The position numbers and the translations under genes are program-made. A stretch of 64,000 nt of DNA from Eledone cirrhosa (Eukaryota): NCBI GenBank assembly GCA_964016885.1, contig OZ024744.1:81964001-82028000 (forward strand), written 5' to 3'. Below are positions 45,496-58,450 of this stretch, in pieces (position 1 is the first letter of the stretch; every line of letters starts with the position of its first letter). Below the pieces are notes generated by a model. That model was not told where the DNA came from. It saw only the letters and a program-made list of their open reading frames with translations, and made no database searches.

Positions 45496-47515
45496 CTACC
45501 TAGACAGCCATGACCTTAGACGTTTCTGCCCTAGTAGACCCATAAGAGGTAGACCCCCCACCATAACCTCAATGGCTAAAATGACTCCCATGGGAAGGTG
45601 GATTGGGTGGACCAAAGCTATACGGACCCCCCAAAACAATGATCAGGTAAGAAAAATGGTCGCACATGCAATAGGGGCTAGTATCAAAACTACCCCAAAG
45701 GGCCACATATTCAAGTTCAACGAGAAGATCTACACCCAAAATGAGGGAGCAGCCATTGGCGTCAGCATAGCTGGTGATGTTGCCAACCTTTTTATGGTAT
45801 GGTGGGAAAGGAGACTTAAAGATCTCCTTAATGAGAGCTCCATAGACCTCATCATGTACTCTCGTTACGTAGACGTTATCAATATAGTTATGAGAATATC
45901 CCCACTAGAGAGCACTAACAAGTTTGATTTAGAACGTAGCACAATGGAAAGCATCCAGCAGATAGCTAATTCCATACACCAGAGTATAACTGTAACTATC
46001 GACTACCCTTCCAAATACCCTAACAATAGACTACCTGTATTAGACACAGCACTCTGGATTAACACTATAGACGAGAGAGCCCAAATTCTCCACTCACACT
46101 ATGCTAAACCCATGGCCTCCAAATACCTGATACTCAAAAACTCAGCAATGTCCAGTAGTGTTAAGTTTAATATTCTGATCGCAGATTTGGTACGAGTGAT
46201 GAAGAATGTGTCCCGCATAAGCGACCCAACAGAAATGGAAAGACACATCCAACACTTCATCAACCGCATGCAGTTCTCTGGCTACAACCAAAGAGACAGA
46301 ATCAGAGTATACGAAGGAGCCATGGAGAAGTATAAGACCCTCATAGAACTGGACATGAAAGGAATTTGCCCATTATACAGGAGCAAATCATGGAATAGCT
46401 TAGATAGGGCTAGACATAAGATAGGGAAATCCACCTCATGGTACGACAACCAGAGATACCAGAGTGTCATGTTTGTGGACGCTACCCCTGGAGAGAAATT
46501 AGCTAACTAGTGTAGAAAGGCGCTGAGAAAGACCCACATAAAGGTTAAGGTGGTAGAAAAGCCAGGAACCACCATAAAATCCCTGATCAGCAAAACCTAC
46601 CCTTTTAAGAAAACCCACTGTACTAATAGGAAATGTATCATATGTAAGGTAAACCCCCGGATAAACTGTAAAACTAGAAACGTAGTCTATAGCATAAGAT
46701 GTACAGAGGGTACTTGCAGAAATATGACAACAACATACAAGGCGAGACAGCTCGTAGCATAGGTGAAAGGATAGACCAACACTGGGGGGAACTAAAAGGA
46801 CGAAAAAACGGGTCAGTACTATACGAACATGCCAGACAACAACACGACGATAACATAGACAACATAGAAATTAGAATAATATCTAAACATACAAATGACC
46901 CAGCAGATAGGCAAATCAGAGAGGCCAGTGAAATAGAACTTAGAAGGCTAAACAGAAAGAATGAATGGAATAACAACACCCAAACAAACAACACTGACCT
47001 AAGAGAAGTATAAATAAATAAATAGATAAATAAATAAATAAATACATACACAAGCACAATAACAACACACACATATAAACACACACTAGTAAAGATAGAA
47101 TACATTAACCAATACACAGTCACCCAATCACGAACACACATCAAACAAAACACTATACACACATGCAAACGCATGCCCAAAGAAGACAAAATAAAACAAA
47201 CAAATAAATAAATATATAAACAGACTAAATAAAGATGGCGTAGAAAATACAATGTAACGGGAGGAAACAATAGGACCACTGACGATGTTGCAGATGTGCA
47301 ACAAAAGAACTTTGATAAACTTTATATATGTGTTTGTGTCTATATTGTATCTGTATTATTTTTGATCGTTGGTCAGTCAAAGGCAACATTGAGGACCGAA
47401 TAAATTAGATTGGCGATATAAAAGACACAGAAGCGAAAACCAACCAAACAGTGAGTGTGCTCTGTTATTAATTCTGGCAATATTACACAAATATGACCCT
47501 CCTCAAGTATAACAA
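45495..47515 (+). mobile_element. Inverted 5'-truncated copy of the same PLE
   Basis: Reverse complement of about 41880-43917 with scattered substitutions (RYVDD to RYVDV). Confidence 0.9.
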
Positions 47516-47523
47516 TATATATA

Positions 47524-47563
<40 letters not shown>

Positions 47564-47571
47564 TATATATA

Positions 47572-47637
47572 TTGTTATACTTGAGGAGGGTCATATTTGT
47601 GTAATATTGCCAGAATTAATAACAGAACACACTCACT

Positions 47638-47672
<35 letters not shown>

Positions 47673-48012
47673 ATTAAAGTTCTTTTGTTACACATCTGTG
47701 ACATCATCAGTGGTACTATTATGTTTCCTCCCGTTGTATTGTAATGCCTACGCAGTTTTTATTTTATTTATTTATTTATTTATTTATTCATTTATTTATT
47801 TATTTAGTTATTCTTGTCTCTGTTTGCGTGTGTGTATAATGTTTGGTGTGTGCATTCGTGTTTGAGTGTATGTGTTTTCTATCTATGTTCACTAGTGTGT
47901 GTTTATCTGTGTTTGTTGTTATTGTACTTGTGTATATATTTATTTCCTTATATTTATTTCCCTTAAGTCATTGTTGTTTGTTTGTGTATGGTTGTTGTTG
48001 TTATTCCATTCG
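47572..48012 (-). mobile_element. Further pLTR fragments of the same PLE group
   Basis: TTGTTATACTTGAGGAGGGTCATA end mirrored around (TA)n; decayed hammerhead at 47675-47715. Confidence 0.7.
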
Positions 48013-48375
48013 TCACAAAGCCAATCCACAGATGCTTCTGGTATCTTCAGCTAAATGGACCACAGCACCGTTAAATAAGGGTGCTTTGTTCAAGGATATA
48101 CCATGTTATTTGGCCTGGGAATCGAACCAATAAACTTTCGATCGTGAAATCAAAATCCTAACTACTATGTCATGCGTCTTTAAGAATTTATTAAAGCCGT
48201 CAGCAGACCTTTTTTTAAGTCTGTCAACAAATGAAGCATATTCAGCAAAGTATCTAAATATTACACTGGCTCATTGATGTAAATTGGTTCCAAGTGAAAA
48301 ATGCAACACAATGAACAACAATGTTAACTCAAATCTCCGCGCAAACGATAAACGCAAACCATTATAGTTTAATCC

Positions 48376-48502
48376 CTTTATGATCTGAGTTCAAATCCCG
48401 TCGAGGTTGACTTTGCCTTTCAGCCTTACGGGGTCGATAAAATAAAGTACCAGTAATGCACTGGATAATTGCTGGCCTTGTGCCTAAAGTAGAAACAATT
48501 AT
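48376..48502 (+). mobile_element. 5'-truncated SINE with probable TSD ATTATAGTTTAATCCC
   Basis: B box and core present; ATTATAGTTTAATCCC occurs at 48361-48376 and again at about 48498-48513. Confidence 0.8.
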
Positions 48503-48539
48503 AGTTTAATCCCAATTTAGTCCCACTGCTCTTGTAAAC

Positions 48540-49000
48540 CTTAACAATGACTTTCTCACTTCAGTCAAAAATCCCTATCCAACAATCATATAGACCACAA
48601 TGTATTCAACAGGAACAAAGTCAAACTAAATTGCAGCTCTTCTCCTAATTTCATATCAGAGAAATAGACGAAATCAACACCAGAAACCTTTCAACGTACT
48701 TTAAGTTCCAATCATCTTCTGACGTATAATTTCATTAACCATTAAACTATTGATGGTATTTCGACCCACAGAATCAGTAATGTACCGTGCAGATATTCTC
48801 AACAATAATACTATACCGAAATCCCAAATAATAACACCTATCTCAATTTCAAATCCATATTCTACCAGCGTACTTATTCTTTCAAAATTATTAACAGTTG
48901 ACCAGAGTTCTGTTAGTCCCAAAACATGCTAGTTAAAAGACCAACGGAATCAGCCATAAGATCAAATAAAAAATTAAAATTACGCGAAAGCGTAGTCGTA
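48540..49000 (-). pseudogene. Possible decayed LINE AP-endonuclease fragment
   Basis: GLTELW resembles G(L/I)TETW; KVIVKVYKS resembles IVGVIYRS. Weak. Confidence 0.3.
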
Positions 49001-49300
49001 CAACTGTAATCTGTTCATCGTAGAGGATTTAGCTATCATATACTATACCGGATCAATCCTGAACTTCGAACCAGAGCTAATCTTTTCCGTATGCCCAATC
49101 AACCATCTGAAAAACATTAAACCCCATCAATAAATATATCCCCTGTCTACATACCGGACTCTACAAAGAATTTCTATAGACTGCAACACTATGTCCTGTA
49201 ATTTAGTCTATACGCTGTGCATTCTAATGTCCGTGTTATATTCGTATACATATGGGTGTGTGTGTATATATATATATGTGTGTGAATGGGTGTATGTGTC

Positions 49301-50164
49301 TAGGAGGCTTAGCTCTGTTTCTCGACCGTTATATCGCGTGACTATCTCCCCCTCCGCCTTTTGGGATTCTTTCTCACGTCGTGTAGACGCGTTCTTGAGA
49401 CTAGTAAAATGAGGTATCCTCTTGATAAGTCGGCAGACCTCGCAAGGACTCTATATCTTTGATATATTGTTTTTGTTTATGCCACGAAACTACGTAGTCG
49501 AGGAATTTAGGAACAGCTTAGGTATGATACATTTTATTACTAATTATATCTAAATGTTTCTTCTCTCTTCATAATGTATTTTTAACTCTGATACTGGTTC
49601 AGTCTAGTTCAAACTGAATTGGTCTGTCCCGGTCATTCATTGAGCAACATCGGTGAAGTTGGCACCCTTAACTCACAGTTGGGTGCGGATGCATTCATGT
49701 ATATATGTGTGTGTCCGCATGTATCTGTGTGTTTCTAAATATATTAATAACTCCCTCTGGTCGAGCAATCTTTGAAGTGTGGGGACAACTGGAAAGCTTC
49801 CATTACTCATACTTCTCGCCTTCTTCACTACCTCTTCTACGGCCTCGATATGAATACCCCCTCCGCCTCCGTGGTATTTTCTTCGTGGTTATAGGAGGCT
49901 TAGCTCTGTTTCTCGACCGTTATATCGCGTGACTATCTCCCCCTCCGCCTTTTGGGATTCTTTCTCACGTCGTGTAGACGCGTTCTTGAGACTAGTAAAA
50001 TGAGGTATCCTCTTGATAAGTCGGCAGACCTCGCAAGGACTCTATATCTTTGATATATTGTTTTTGTTTATGCCACGAAACTACGTAGTCGAGGAATTTA
50101 GGAACAGTTTAGGTATGATACATTTTATTACTAATTATATCTAAATGTTTCTTCTCTCTTCATA

Positions 50165-50166
<2 letters not shown>
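49301..50166 (+). mobile_element. 591-bp-period partial tandem (retrozyme/pLTR-like) with two U3-A8 hammerheads (49417-49504, 50008-50095)
   Basis: TCCTC-TTGATAA-GT(C)GGCA...TGCCAC-GAAA-CTACGTAG-TC-GAGGA; about 275-bp near-identical direct repeat. Confidence 0.8.
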
Positions 50167-50210
<44 letters not shown>

Positions 50211-50905
50211 GAATTGAAAATTAGAATTGGTGCTCTGAAATAGCGATATATATATGAATGTATATATAGTGTATTTTGCAATACACTGTATGCTTAATTA
50301 AAAGCATTTTGAAGACCATACGCTATTGTTTTAAAATAGTGACAATGTCACTTATTTAAATTTTCAGCAAACAGGGGAGATAAACTGACAGAGCTCTGTT
50401 TCGTACTTTTTGGTGCTTATCAAAGCTCATTACTCCTCCTGTTTGCTGAAAATTATATGTGTTGGATTATTATAGAATTCCAGTAATAATCAGGAACTGA
50501 TTAACTTAATTAAGCATACAGTGTATTGCAAAATACACTATATATACATTCATATATATATCGCTATTTCAGAGCACCAATTCTAATTTTCAATTTCTGC
50601 TGGACCGGCAACCGCTCTGTATAATCAGTTCATGATTATTACTGGAATTCTATAAGAATCCAACATTCATAATTTTCAGCAAACAGGAGGAGTGGTGAGC
50701 TTTGATAAGAACCAAAAAGTACGAAACAGAGCTCTGTCAGTTTATCTCCCCTGTTTGCTGAAAATTTAAATAAGTGACATTGTCACTATTTTAAAACAAT
50801 AGCGTATGGTCTTCAAAATGCTTTTAATTAAGCATACGGTGTATTGCAAAATACACTATATATACATTTATATATATATTGCTATTTCAGTGCACCAGTT
50901 CTAAT
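50211..50905. mobile_element. Retrozyme-like 318-bp family, inverted plus partial tandem; U3-A8 hammerheads at about 50383-50428 (-) and 50697-50743 (+)
   Basis: TTAATTAAGC recurs at 50506 and 50824; GAGCT-TTGATAA-G(A/C)AC caaaaa GTAC-GAAA-CAGAGCTCTG-TC-AGTTT; shares blocks with the 310-bp family. Confidence 0.75.
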
Positions 50906-50955
50906 ATATATATTTTCCTTATCGAGCCCTCTTTGGATTTTAGTCTTCAATTTTA

Positions 50956-51038
<83 letters not shown>

Positions 51039-51089
51039 GTAAATGTATATGTATATGAATATGTATACATACATACGCATACATATACA

Positions 51090-51460
51090 TATATGGTGGC
51101 TGCCCCCTTGTTATCGAGTATGGCCATTGCACGATATAACATTATTAATAATTATCAATTAATGCTATCGTGCAATGCCTGTGCATGAAGATATTTTAAA
51201 GTGAGGAAAGACTGTGCACTGAGCCAATCCCACTCTCTGAGCGTCCGTAGCTATAACCCGAAAAGAAGAAAAGATCAACATCATCGGTAACTACTGAGCC
51301 GCAGGTTTTATATCAGAGTTATTCCAGTTTTCTGAGATGCCTTCTCCTAGAAGAATGACTTGACAAAGGCTAGGGGTGTCCTTCACTGCCAGTGGTTTAA
51401 CTGAGCGATCGGGTATCTAGCCCGATTATTTCTATGTACCCGCGCATATACATACACATG
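51090..51460 (-). mobile_element. RTE-derived short element
   Basis: Reverse complement of CTAGGAGAAGG..CTC and of the 3' end GGCCATACTCGATAAC..GGCAGCCACCAT. Confidence 0.6.
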
Positions 51461-51489
51461 CATACATGTATATAATACATATATATATA

Positions 51490-51892
51490 TATTAATATTA
51501 ATAAGAGGAATTCCAACTTTGTCTGATTTACTCGTTTTATTTACAATCCTTTAAGATATATATAATGGTATTATAATGAAATAGTATGATAGAATATTAA
51601 ATTCTAAATGTTAATTGAACAAGTACTTTCATGCTTTCGCAATCTTCAGGTTCATGATATGTGGTGACAGCCGAGTTTGCAATTTTCAACTGTTGAAAAT
51701 TGCAAACTCGACTGTCACCACATATCATGAACCTGAAGATTGCGAAAGCATGAAAGTACTTGTTCAATTAACATTTAGAATTTAATATTCTATCATACTA
51801 TTTCATTATTATACCATTATATATATTTTAAAGGATTGTAAATAAAACGAGTAAATCAGACAAAGTTGGAATTCCTCTTATTAATATTAATA
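51490..51892. repeat. Near-perfect 400-bp palindrome of Naiad-type pLTR with hammerheads at 51616-51654 (-) and 51728-51766 (+)
   Basis: Centre TTTTCAAC-T-GTTGAAAA at 51691; the left arm matches 32118-32311. Confidence 0.9.
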
Positions 51893-51940
51893 TAATCTTC
51901 TATACACAATCATACACACCCGTGTATATTTACCTATCTA

Positions 51941-52006
<66 letters not shown>

Positions 52007-52007
52007 C

Positions 52008-52098
<91 letters not shown>

Positions 52099-52571
52099 TA
52101 TTTATATATATACACACATGCATATATGTATATACATATTTACACATTTTTGGATGGCCATTGACTCTTATGAGTTCTTCTGCCCTTTGTACATACATAC
52201 ATGCATACATACATACATGCATACATACATACATGCATACATACATACATAAATACATACATACATACATACATACATACATACAAACATACATACATAC
52301 ATACATACATACATACATACATACATACATACATACATGCATACATACATACATGCATACATACATACATGCATACATACATACATACATACATAAATAC
52401 ATACATACATACATACATACATACAAACATACATACATACATACATACATACATACATACATAAATACATACATACATACATACATACATACATACATAC
52501 ATACATACATAAATACATACATACATACATACATACATACAAACATACATACATACATACATACATACATG

Positions 52572-52603
<32 letters not shown>

Positions 52604-52845
52604 CATACATACATACATACATACATACATACATACATGCATACATACATACATACATACATGCATACATACATACATATATACATACATACATACATAC
52701 ATACATACATACATACATACATACATACATGCATACATACATACATACCTACATGCATACATACATACATACATACATACATACATACATACATACATAC
52801 ATACATACATACATACATACATACATACATACATACATGCATACA

Positions 52846-52876
<31 letters not shown>

Positions 52877-53465
52877 GTACATACATACATACATACATAC
52901 ATGCATGCATAATGGATGTATCTCAGTTGCGAGAATTGATATGTGTTGACCCTTTTCTCATTCATGGGTGGAACGAACCGGACTTTTCAGCCCCGCCAAG
53001 GACTTACATTCATTTCTGTATATGCTGTAGTGAAATATAAAAGAAAAGGCCATGCTCACGTAACACATGTGAAAGTCGTTGAGATAAAGTGATGCCCGTG
53101 GCTGAAGGACTTTTAAGTTTAGAAAGGTCTTGCACTGGACTAACCCCATTTTCTGAACGACAGTGACAGGTATGCACAATGAAGAACATGTCACCATCAT
53201 TGACTGCCATCGAGTCGTAGGTTTTACATCAGAGATTTCCTTCTCCTAGAATAATGTCCTAACAAGAATACGGGGTCTCACTCCTGTAGGGCTAATCACC
53301 CGCTTGGACACCACACTGAGGATTACCATGTGCCCTCGCATGTATACATAAATGATGGCTGCCCATCGTTATCGAATATGGCCATTGCACGAACAAAAAT
53401 AATAATAACAATAACAATGATAATAATTAAAATATATATATATATACACATACACACACACACAC

Positions 53466-53602
53466 AATAATTGTTTCTACATTTGGCAGAAGGCCAGCAA
53501 TTACCCAGTGCATTACTGGTACTTTATTTTATCGATCCCGTAAGCATGAAAGGCAAAGTTAACCTCGGTGGGATTTGAACTCAGATCCTAAAGGGACGTA
53601 AC
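53466..53602 (-). mobile_element. tRNA-derived SINE, 3' part
   Basis: Reverse complement of B box, core and tail. Confidence 0.85.
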
Positions 53603-54109
53603 GACACAGTGCAATAATAAGGGATAAGTTTAACAGTTTAATACTTGAAATAAAAAATAAGATTGTTTAACGTTTCGGTCGTTAGTTCGTCACTCACTCG
53701 AAAGCAAAGAAGAGGAAAAGTCTGAACTGAGATTGATAGTGTGTGTGTGTGTGTGGGGTCGGGGGTGGGGGTGGGGGGATGATTAAGAGTCTTATTTAAA
53801 AAGTGAGAGAGGAAAACAATGTGGAGATGAAAGCTGCTGTCTGAGATGGTGTCAGATCATGTGTGTATATATGTGTATATGTTCGCATATGTGTGTACGC
53901 ATGGGGTGGTTCTGGAGTGGGGGCATTTACTAGTACTAGTGTATGTATGAATGTATGTATGTATGTGTGTATGTGTGTATGTGTGTATGTATGTGTGTAT
54001 GTATGTATGTATGTATGTATGTATATATGTATGTATGCATGCATGCATGTTAAACAACGATAGCATTGGGAAAATATATAAAAATATTTATGCAACTTTC
54101 ACAACTGTC

Positions 54110-54591
54110 AGGTTATTTGCAGAGTCTTGTGGGCCATCTCTGCCGATACATGGGAAAACGTAGCTGCTGATCGTAATAAATGGAGAAAGACTGTATATGA
54201 GAGGAAAGTTGCCTTTGAAGCATTTCGAATCGCATACGAGAAAATAAAGAGATGTTCATTTCCAGACGGCGAAGATCCTCCTATAGAGCTGACATGCAGG
54301 GTCTGTGCGAGACTCAGCCTCAGCAAAGCTGAACTCGAAAGTCATCTTCGCAATCATAAAGTAAGACCAGTGGTTGACTACCAGGCTGCTGTCAGAGATG
54401 CTACTCATCATACCTGTCAAACATGTGGTAGAGAGTGTAGATCAGCAGGAGGGCTCAAGCAACATGCAAAAGTACGTGAACTCCAACCACAGACGACTAT
54501 TCCCAGTGAATGTTTTGGTTGCCAAATCTGTGCAAGACATTTTAGACCATTGGCTGGGCTAAAAAGCCACATTCGATCGCAGCGCCGTTAA
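54110..54591 (+). pseudogene. RTE-clade ORF2 3' end with three C2H2-like fingers
   Basis: WENVAADRNKWR, then CRVC..H, CQTC..H and CQIC...GLKSHIR. Confidence 0.75.
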
Positions 54592-55669
54592 CATATATGT
54601 GTGTATATGTATTGTTAACATATTGTTAACATATATGTGTGTATATGTATGTGTGAGTGTGGGTATGTATGTGTGTGTATATATATATATGTATTTGTAT
54701 GTATATATGTGTATGTATATGTATGCATGTATATACATATGTGTGTGTGTATATATATGTGTGTGTGTGTATGTGTATATATATATATATATTTTAATTA
54801 TTATCATTGTTATTGTTATTATTATTTTTTTTCGTGCAATGGCCATATTCGATAACGATGGGCAGCCATCATTTATGTATGCATGTGCGGGCACATGGTA
54901 ATCCTCAGTGTGGTGTCCAAGCGGGTGATTAGCCCTACAGGAGTGAGACCCCGTATTCTTGTTAGGACATTATTCTAGGAGAAGGAAATCTCTGATGTAA
55001 AACCTACGACTCGATGGCAGTCAATGATGGTGACATGTTCTTCATTGTGCATACCTGTCACTGTCGTTCAGAAAATGGGGTTAGTCCAGTGCAAGGCCTT
55101 TCTAAACTTAAAAGTCCTTCAGCCACGGGCATCACTTTATCTCAACGACTTTCACATGTGTTACGTGAGCATGGCCTTTTCTTTTATATTTCACTACAGC
55201 ATATACAGAAATGAATGTAAGTCCTTGGCGGGGCTGAAAAGTCCGGTTCGTTCCACCCATGAATGAGAAAAGGGTCAACACATATAAATTCTCGCAACTG
55301 AGATACATCCATTATGCATGCATGTATGTATGTATGTATGTATGTATGTATGTATGTATGTATGTATGTATGTATGTATGTATGTATGTATGTATGTATG
55401 TATGTATGTATGTATGCATGTATGTATGTATGTATGTATGCATGTATGCATGTATGTATGTATGTATGTATGTATGTATGTTTGTATGTATGTATGTATG
55501 CATGCATGTATGTATGTATGTATGCATGTATGTATGTATGTATGTATGTATGTATGTATGTATGCATGTATGTATGTATGTACACAGGGCAGAAGAACTC
55601 ATAAGAGTCAATGGCCATCCAAAAATGTGTAAATATGTATATACATATATGCATGTGTGTATATAAATA

Positions 55670-55748
<79 letters not shown>

Positions 55749-55962
55749 ATACATGTATTCATGTGTATATATATGCGCGGGTACATAGAAATAATCAGGT
55801 TGGAAACCTGATTGCGTGGTTAAACCACTGGCAGTGAAGGACCCCTAGCCTTTGTCAGGGCATTCTTCTAGGAAAAGGCATCTCAGGAAACTGGAATAAC
55901 TCTGATATAAAACCTGTGGCTCAGTGGTTACCGATGATGTTGATCTTTTCTTCTATATGTTA

Positions 55963-56311
55963 TAAAATGTTATCATCAATGAAAGTTCGGAATTAATTAA
56001 AAATATCTTCGCTTTCACTTAATCCTCTGCTTTTATTTAATACGTATAAAATAGTTAGACAATTGAATTACGAAGTATACTATATTTAGCGTGCATCTGT
56101 AGTACGAAGTATTTATTACACATCGGAATACTATAAATGTTTTGGAAAAAAATTAATTTCTTTCATGAACGTTAACAAGTGTTCTGTTAAATCGAATATA
56201 CCTTCGTTAAGAACAATTCTAGAACGTTTATAACTACTTTCAACCTAAGTAACGTTCGGTATTCTGCTAGTATATATATATATACGTATATATATATATA
56301 TATATATATAC

Positions 56312-56356
<45 letters not shown>

Positions 56357-56402
56357 TATATATCTATATATATATTAATATATATATATTAATATATATA
56401 TA

Positions 56403-56481
<79 letters not shown>

Positions 56482-56838
56482 GTATATATATGTATATATA
56501 TATATATATATACGTATATATATATATACTAGCAGAATACCGAACGTTACTTAGGTTGAAAGTAGTTATAAACGTTCTAGAATTGTTCTTAACGAAGGTA
56601 TATTCGATTTAACAGAACATTTGTTAACGTTCATGAAAGAAATTAATTTTTTTCCAAAACATTTATAGTATTCCGATGTGTAATAAATACTTCGTACTAC
56701 AGATGCACGCTAAATATAGTATACTTCGTAATTCAATTGTCTAACTATTTTATACGTATTAAATAAAAGCAGAGAATTAAGTGAAAGCGAAGATATTTTT
56801 AATTAATTCCGAACTATTATTGATGATAACATTTTATC
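55963..56838. repeat. Head-to-head inverted pair (about 310-bp arms) around (TA)n; possibly Helitron/Helentron-type non-autonomous ends
   Basis: Arms are reverse complements with a few mismatches; each begins TACTAGCAGAATACC next to the TA tract. Confidence 0.7.
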
Positions 56839-56908
56839 TTTTTTCTTGCAATATTTCATTCTTAAAATAATCTTTCGTCAGCTACACAATGTGTGTGTGT
56901 GTGTGTGA

Positions 56909-56939
<31 letters not shown>

Positions 56940-57539
56940 ATATGTGTGTGTAAAAGGAAGGAAGGGGGATGGTGAAAAGCCTATAGCAAAACAGCGACTG
57001 GCGTTCCATTTGCTACGCCGTCTGTAATTGTATGTGTAAGTGTGTGTGTGTGTGTGTGTAAATGCATGTGTGTTTGCGTGTGTGTTTGTGTGAATGTATA
57101 TGTATGTTTGTGTGAACGTATGTGTATTTGTATGAATGTATGCCTGTGAGTGTATACTTTTGTGAGTGTGTCTGTGTTTATGTGTTTCTATTTATATACT
57201 CATACATATTCGCATACACACATATACGTATACTCATATACTCATGCATATTCACATACACACATATACGTATATATATGTATATATATATACGCGTCAG
57301 CGTGTTGAAAAATATTCTATTTTTAAAAAAATTAATAGAAACCGTTTTGTCGGAGATAAACTACCGACGTAGATAAATTCATTCTTATAACCCGCGGAAA
57401 CTGGATGGATATGAATTAACCTACACATCCAAATATTGGGACAGGTCAGGAGCAATACATGAAAGAAGAAATGATATTAAGAATTGTGAATCCTAGCTTT
57501 ATGACATTGACGAGATGTATGGCCATGATGTTTAAAACA

Positions 57540-58450
57540 ACTCACAGTGTAACTTCGACAATACATCCATGCTTTACACTGTAATGTACTTGCAAATATC
57601 CAGACGACGTGCCGTTGACAAGGACCTTTGCATAAATATCGTCATGAGCAAGTCTCAGATTTTTGAGGAATTTCTCTGCACAACAGACCACTGCAAGAAA
57701 GAATACATCAACTTTATTGACGATGGGTTTGCGATACCATAGGTTTTCAATGAGGCCTTTTCGACGGGTGTCGATTTCGTTAACGATTTTATATAAAATT
57801 GATCTGTCCCTGCCGCGGAGAGCTACTTGCCCATTAGTGAGTTTAACCGAAGATAGATATCGTGCCAATGAGAACCCCCCCCCCCCCCAAAAAAAAACCA
57901 AAAAACCAAAACAAACAAAAAAAAGAACATAAAAAATAAAACAACAACAGAAAAATCATCTGGTGTCTTGCGTAATCAGTGAAGGCTTAGATTTCCTTTG
58001 TTATGTCGGTTCAGCTGTTGCTTTTGAGGGTTAGAATTCCCGTCTAAAGACGGACTTTCTGTTACCAGTGACTATACCATTTTGAATTTGAAACCGAATT
58101 CTTTTGGTGATCAGGGAAGACTTTCCTCATGCAGTGAATCAGTTGTTGCAGTTTTTGGTAATTTTCATAGAACAAATCTTGATGTTTTCTTGCCATAACA
58201 TTCTTTAATGCTACCCCACCCCACATGTGTCGTAATAAAGCTTGATAAAATGCCATTCTATAAACGTAGACTTATTTGCCGAGTCAAGGAAGCTGACGAA
58301 TTTCCATATATTAAATTTAGTTCCTCTTTTCATTGAAAGCAACGATGTCGATATTGAATCTTTGGAGTTAACAAACAACCAAAGCAGTTTAATTTTTTGG
58401 TCGCACAGATATTTCATTCTCCACTAGGGTTCAGACTTCCAAAATCCACT
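57540..58450 (-). pseudogene. Decayed RTE-clade LINE (APE N-terminus and RT fragment)
   Basis: RP..TALVV..LQRFNIDIVAFNE resembles the RTE APE start; EKFLKNLRLAHDD...VKHGCIV resembles the RT GVKQGC region. Confidence 0.65.

Larger units (their letters stand above)
52104..55700. repeat. Large inverted duplication (arms about 52104-53455 and 54765-55700) of RTE-derived short elements and (TACA)n
   Basis: 52907-53440 is the near-identical reverse complement of 54785-55317; ORFs 53010-53210 (-) and 55014-55214 (+) match. Confidence 0.9.

Noticed and set aside
44816-46510. 564-aa ORF with hydrophobic N-terminus fused to RT
   Set aside because: Chance read-through from the antisense of the Asn repeat into a truncated inverted copy whose YVDD is mutated to YVDV.
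54127-54591. Host C2H2 zinc-finger gene
   Set aside because: No TGEKP linkers and preceded by the RTE-type W...A.DR..WR motif, so it is a LINE ORF2 C-terminus.
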